The position numbers and the translations under genes are program-made. From Antedon mediterranea (Eukaryota > Animalia > Echinodermata): a DNA stretch of 64,000 bases. Shown here one piece after another: positions 58,790 through 64,000 of the stretch; position 1 is the first letter of the stretch, and every line of letters starts with the position of its first letter. The stretch lies in the NCBI RefSeq assembly GCF_964355755.1, contig NC_092677.1, positions 19,986,101-20,050,100 on the forward strand. Direction: 5' to 3'. The notes beneath the pieces are model-generated. The model saw only the letters and a program-made list of their open reading frames with translations. It did not search any database and was not told where the DNA came from.

Positions 58790-61703
58790 AGCCTACTTAG
58801 GTTTACTTAGGTTATATACTGGACGCAGGACTAAAGTCCTCCATATCCAGATCCAATTGGTCCAATCCTGGTATTTTGAATCCTTAACTTAACTCGTATA
58901 TTCTGGTTGATTCCGCCATATTTTGAAAACTGTTTAGTGAGGTTGCTGTCACAACATGTTCAGGTAATTTCCTTTTATCCAAATGGGAAACTCTCTTAGC
59001 TAACTTAAGAGAGTGCCCCCGTGTTCTATTAGATACATTTAGTTTTAGGAAATCAGATACTGATTTATCATAATAGCCATTTAGAATTTTGAAAATTTCA
59101 ATCATGTCATTACGACATCTTCTATAGACCAAAGTAGGCAGTTTTAAATAATTAAGCCCCTTAAGGTTATTAGGGATAAACGTGTAGCTCTACGTTGAAC
59201 ACTTTCTAGAAGATCTACATGTTTCTCTAAATATGGACACCACATAGAAACACTATATTCCAAATGGGGTCTAACAATGGCTTTAAATTTCTGCATTCAG
59301 ATAAGTGAAAACTCACCTAATCAGTCCCATTAGCCTATTTGCCTTGTTGACCTTCTCTGTTATATGCATTTCAAATGATAATTTACTATCTATTATAATT
59401 CCTAGGTCTTTCTCATGGTCGACATGTAGGAGATTTTCAGTATTACTATCTGGGTCCAATGAATACTCATATTGAATATGTGTTGCATTCCTTCTTAATT
59501 CCAAAACCTTACATTTCTATATATTAAACTCAAGTAACCAAGTTTCACACCATTTCCTTAAAGACTCAAGATCCTGATCATTTAAATTTGAGACCTCTCT
59601 ATAAATTTGTTGTCATCTGCAAAAAGGAATACCTCAGAATTTACACATTCTGGCATATCGTTGATATAAATAACAAAAAGGAGTGGCCCTAGGACGCTGC
59701 CTTGTGGGATTCCACTTAAAACATTATGCCATTCTGATGCCTTTCCATTACTATTACTCTCTGAGTTCTATTAGACAGAAATGATTCGATCCACATACCA
59801 ACTTCTCCAAGAATGCCATAGCTTTCAAGTTTTCCTAGAAGCCTACGGTGTGGAACCTTGTCAAATGCTTTGTCAAAGTCCATATAAATGACATCAATTG
59901 ATCCACCCTCATCTATTAATTCTGTCCATCGATCCAAGGCCTTCAACAATTGTAAAGTTGTAGATCGTCCTGATACAAATCCAAATTTCTTATTAGAATG
60001 TAAATTGTTATCTTGTAAATGCAAAATCAAACTATTCCTCACGATGGATTCCAAAACTTTACAGATAACACTTGTGAGGCTAACCGGACGATAGTTACCG
60101 GGTACATATTTCTTTCCTTTAAAAAAAAATTGCAGTAACATTTGCTTTGCCTGTCTCTACTGGTCAGGTAGATGTCCAGATTGTAAGGATTTCTTAATCT
60201 TCTCTTGCCAGCTCAGAAAGAACCCTTGGATGGAAACCATCTGATCCTGGTGACTTATTATATACAATATCAGGAGTTACATCAACTTTACTGAGAGGCG
60301 AATCAACCATCGTGGAAGCTAGCCTAGGAATACCAACATCTACCGTCTCAGTAATAAACACACTGCTAAAAAACATCTACATCTGTTTTTGTATACACAG
60401 GGTTTACTAAGTCATTGTTAGTTATTAGGTCAGGAACACCTTTCTTTAGCTTCAATTTAGAGTTTGTGTATCTCCAAAACTTTTTTTGATTTGATTTAGC
60501 CTGGAGTGCAATATTTTTTCTATCATTCTTTTATTTTTCCTAGTTAGTGATCTAACCTGGTTTCGAAGCCTAGTATATTTCAGGAACTTATTATAATTTT
60601 TTGTTTCCATGTATCTTTGCCATGCTCTATGTTTCTTCCTTATTTTATCAATAATCTGTTTACTAAGTGGTGTTCTACTTTCTTCATTGGTTGTTTTATA
60701 TATTTTACGTGTTGGTACAAATTTATCAATGGACGCTTGTAATTTTTCACTAAATAACTTCCACAAGGTTTCAAGATTTTTTCCACAGGTAATAAACTCT
60801 TCCTCCCAATCTAAGGAGAGATACTTTAGCAGTTTTGTATTATTTTCCTTGTAATAGCAATAAAGTTTAGAATCCTGTTGGTTCTTCTTTTTCTTCTTCG
60901 TATTAGGAGCCAACTTCATAATGTGAAGACTCTGCTCCTCCAACTCTGTTTTGCTAGCTCTACTGTATTAGGTTGTTTGGTTCAATTTAATATAGCAACA
61001 GTACGAGAAACAAATAATCTCATGATCTCCTTTCCTCAAAGGTGAAAGATGCTCTATATCAGTTATCATATCCTGTTCATTTGTCAGAATGAGATCCAGT
61101 AAACTGGACTACTGATCAATTCGTGAGCGGGTAGGTTTTGTAATATGTTGAAACAGAAAGCTATATCAAAATGCCTCAATAAATATGCTAGATTGTGTAC
61201 TGGGTGATGACAGGTTGACTCCAGTTTATATTAGGGTGGTTGAAGTCGCCCATAATAATTATATGACTAAAACCGTTCCTATTGATACCCCTTAACAAAT
61301 TATGTGTAGCAAGACGTTATTTTCTAGACTACTGTTCGGGCTTCTGTAAAACACATCCTATTAACATCCTATCATTATCTTGCAGGGATATTTCGGCCCA
61401 TACTGATTCTAACAAATTTTTTTCATCAGGACTATTCCATGATCTTGGTCTTAGATCTCTATGAATATATATAATAGCACCCCTGCCTACACTTACATCT
61501 AGGTTGCAATGAAACATTTCATAATCATCACCAATACTCAACTCAACAGGTGAGACAGGGAATCTACTATATTTAGGCTTAACTTCCGTTACAGTAATAA
61601 CTATGGGCCGCGATTTTAAATTCTGAAGTACCATCCTCAATTCTATAATTTTGTTTGGTAATGAACCTGCATTTGTATATAGGCTAAACATAGTAAAGAA
61701 GTT

Positions 61704-62292
61704 AATAATTACCTCCGCCAAGGAGGTTATGTTTTCACACCTGTATGTTGGTGTGTGTGTTTGTGTGTTGGGGTGTGTGTGTGTGTCATCCTGGAGGCCA
61801 CAGTTTTTATTCGATTCTCACCAAATTTGGCAACAATGATCTATGCCCCAAAAGCTCTAACGAGTTCGAATTTGAGGGGAAACGGTCATAGGTCTCAAGG
61901 TCACAACTAACAAAAAACTATTTTACTGCCTAGAGACCACAGTTTTTATCCGATTCTCACCAAACTTAGCCACAATGATCAATGACACATCATATAATTG
62001 TGGTTAAATTTTGAAGGGTCAGGGTCAAAGATCAAGGTCCACAAAAAAAAAAAAAATAAAAAAATAAAAAAAAAATTTCAGCTGGACTTGAACCAGTAAT
62101 CTCAACTGTGAGAGGCTGGATACATAACCATTACACCAAACTCTCAACCACAGCAGTTAGCCTATTTACGTACACTTAGAGCTAATAGGCCTAAAAAAAA
62201 GGGAAAAAAAATATATATATTTTCCGAGGTAATTTTATGTAGGGGTATTTTTTACAGTAGGCGGAGGTTTGTACTCTCGGAGTACCCTCTAG
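61704..62292 (+). mobile_element. Non-autonomous Helentron (HINE) inserted in the CR1
   Basis: attacctccgccaaggaggttatg + (GT)n ... ggcggagg, hairpin tactc-tcg-gagta, CTAG|TT. Confidence 0.88.
62076..62150 (-). ncRNA. tRNA(Glu)-like Pol III cassette inside the HINE (not a canonical tRNA)
   Basis: A box TGGTGTAATGG, loop CT-CTC-AC, B box GGTTCAAGTCC, then a long T run. Truncated homologue at 5898-5940 (+). Confidence 0.6.
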
Positions 62293-64000
62293 TTCAGGTA
62301 CTTTATTAGTTTCTATGGGTAATTGTCAAGGAATTGTCTAAATTATTATGTTGTGAGGTAACGTAACATTTTTTTTTTGATACAATCTGCTATCAGTTTC
62401 TTTGACCACACTAGTCTCATTTCTATTACTTTTACTCTCGTCAACATTATGGAATGCCGAGCATTTCCATATTCTTTCTCAATTTGACGTGATTTTCTAA
62501 AATTTTCTGTTTGAGGATCATCAATGTTTGTTAAGTTAAATAATTCCACACTAGGAACTTCTTGGTGTCCCATAAAACTAGCATAATCGGAATATAAATA
62601 GACTTTTCTTTTTCTTTAACTTCAACATTTCTTAAACTTAAATTTTCTTTTTTTGTTACTCTCTACTTTTTTCGACATCTAGTTTAACCAACTCTCCCCT
62701 TCGTATCACCCATCTATCATTCCCTTCTGATCGTTTTAATTTTAATTCGTCTCTCATTAATTTGTTTTTGGCCCTTTCATTTTGTGTTAAGTCTGGTGTA
62801 ATATATATGTTTTTAGTTGAATCCAGCTTGCTAAGTTTCTTAGAATTAATCAGGATATCCCTCTTAGACTTTTTTGAGTCCAGCACCACCTTCATGAGCC
62901 TAGGTCTACCATAATCGAATTGTGTTTATAATTTTTACATCAGGAAGATTCAGATCATTTGCAAAGATATTTGTTATTTTTGCCTTATCTTCATTTTGTT
63001 CAATATGGTCATCATTAATTGATTCTGGCACATTATGGATAATTACATTTGTTTTCCTTCCTTCTCTATCCATGTATTCATCAATTTTCTCTTTGACCTC
63101 TTGGCCTACAATTTCCTTCAAGGAGCCTCTTAAGTTTTCTATTTTCTCCTCATTAATTAGTTTATCTACTTTATCATTTAGGTGGGCTATTTAAATTTTT
63201 ATGGTTTTTTCGAGTTTCCCAATTCTATTTTCTGTAGATTTAAGAAAGAAGACACTTTCTCTTCTATAATTTTGTCTGAGACAACTGCTTCTACAGCCTT
63301 TGTTTCACAATTATGGCAAAACCAATGCATTGATTGCACAGAGGAAAGCATCTCGTATTGATAGACCAACCTGTACATTTCATACAGTTCCATCCTTCGC
63401 ATCTTTCGCACTGTATACATTTAGTATCCCCATTGACCTGATCATTGCAACCAATGCAGCAGTTGTCTTGATGTCTCTTATCCTGTGGATTTTTACTTAG
63501 ACTTTTAGTTTTACTTCTTGTACTACCACGGTGTGACATTGTATACGATATTAATCACATTTCGCCACAAAAAAAACCTTATTTTTTAAAATTTAAATAT
63601 TAACTTTAATATAAATAATATCGCAATTAGTAAATATTATCAAATTATAATAGTGCACTATGATTGAACCAGATACACCGTCTCATCTATGTAGGTAGAC
63701 TGACTAACTATCTCAGTTATGTGAAACAAGTCGTAGGCCTAGCCCAAGCCTTCTATGTTGAAGATCAAATCAAATACTCTCTCTAGCCTAGGCTATTAAC
63801 GTTTTACTACTAGGGCCTAGGCCTAGAAATGTTTTTTTCCCAACAACTAATACTTATAGCAACATACACTTGATTAATATCTATCGACAACTAGAACCCA
63901 AACAGAAGTATGGGGTTGCGCCATGAGTCGTCGGCCCGGGATCTATGTCAACATGTACATAGGCCGTCACCAATTGTGTTTCGGTCGTCTCTACTCTACT

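Larger units (their letters stand above)
58790..63640 (-). mobile_element. Near full-length decayed CR1 LINE: ORF1 (PHD finger + RRM-like) ~63539-62656 and ORF2 (APE endonuclease + RT) ~61700-58884
   Basis: ORF1: CIGC...CIQCERCEGW..MKC...HWFCHNC and REGRKTNVIIHNVPES. ORF2: YTNA.SL.NK, ITVTEVK, MGDFN, NYRPVSLTS, YMDFDKAFDKVPH, FADD, EKDLG, TRGH. 3' (aacctaagta)-like tail. Confidence 0.93.

Noticed and set aside
62076-62150. Functional tRNA genes at this site and at 1729, 7400, 25250, 30805, 32900, 38170 and 46600
   Set aside because: Acceptor and anticodon stems are incomplete and all lie within repeats; treated as tRNA-derived cassettes or SINE heads.

Overview
AT-rich, intron-rich animal genomic DNA, probably from a marine invertebrate (inference). 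Most entries in the ORF track are spurious or are fragments of exons and transposable elements. Two host genes converge tail-to-tail. (1) On +, the 3' half of a cytoplasmic dynein-1 light intermediate chain gene (exons 1043-12585), whose first visible acceptor looks U12-type. (2) On -, a 17-exon gene (54548->17459, ~930 aa if my splice model holds) encoding signal peptide - Sushi/CCP - unassigned ~120-aa module - 8x TSP1 - 2x FN3. Introns and flanks are filled with mobile DNA: decayed LINEs (Rex/Babar-, L2- and CR1-like, including a near full-length CR1 with a PHD-finger ORF1), tRNA-derived SINEs, a frameshifted Kolobok-type (Mutator-like Pfam) DDE transposase, a Penelope-like fragment ending in a minimal U3-A8 hammerhead ribozyme, Helitron and Helentron (HINE) elements, MITEs of hAT, P, Kolobok, Harbinger and Ginger type, apparent P-element excision footprints and three tandem-repeat arrays. 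The most notable pattern is that several non-autonomous DNA/rolling-circle elements with different termini each carry a tRNA-like Pol III cassette (A box, B box, often an oligo-T terminator), and one cassette is shared between two Helentron families. All calls were made by eye without database searches.
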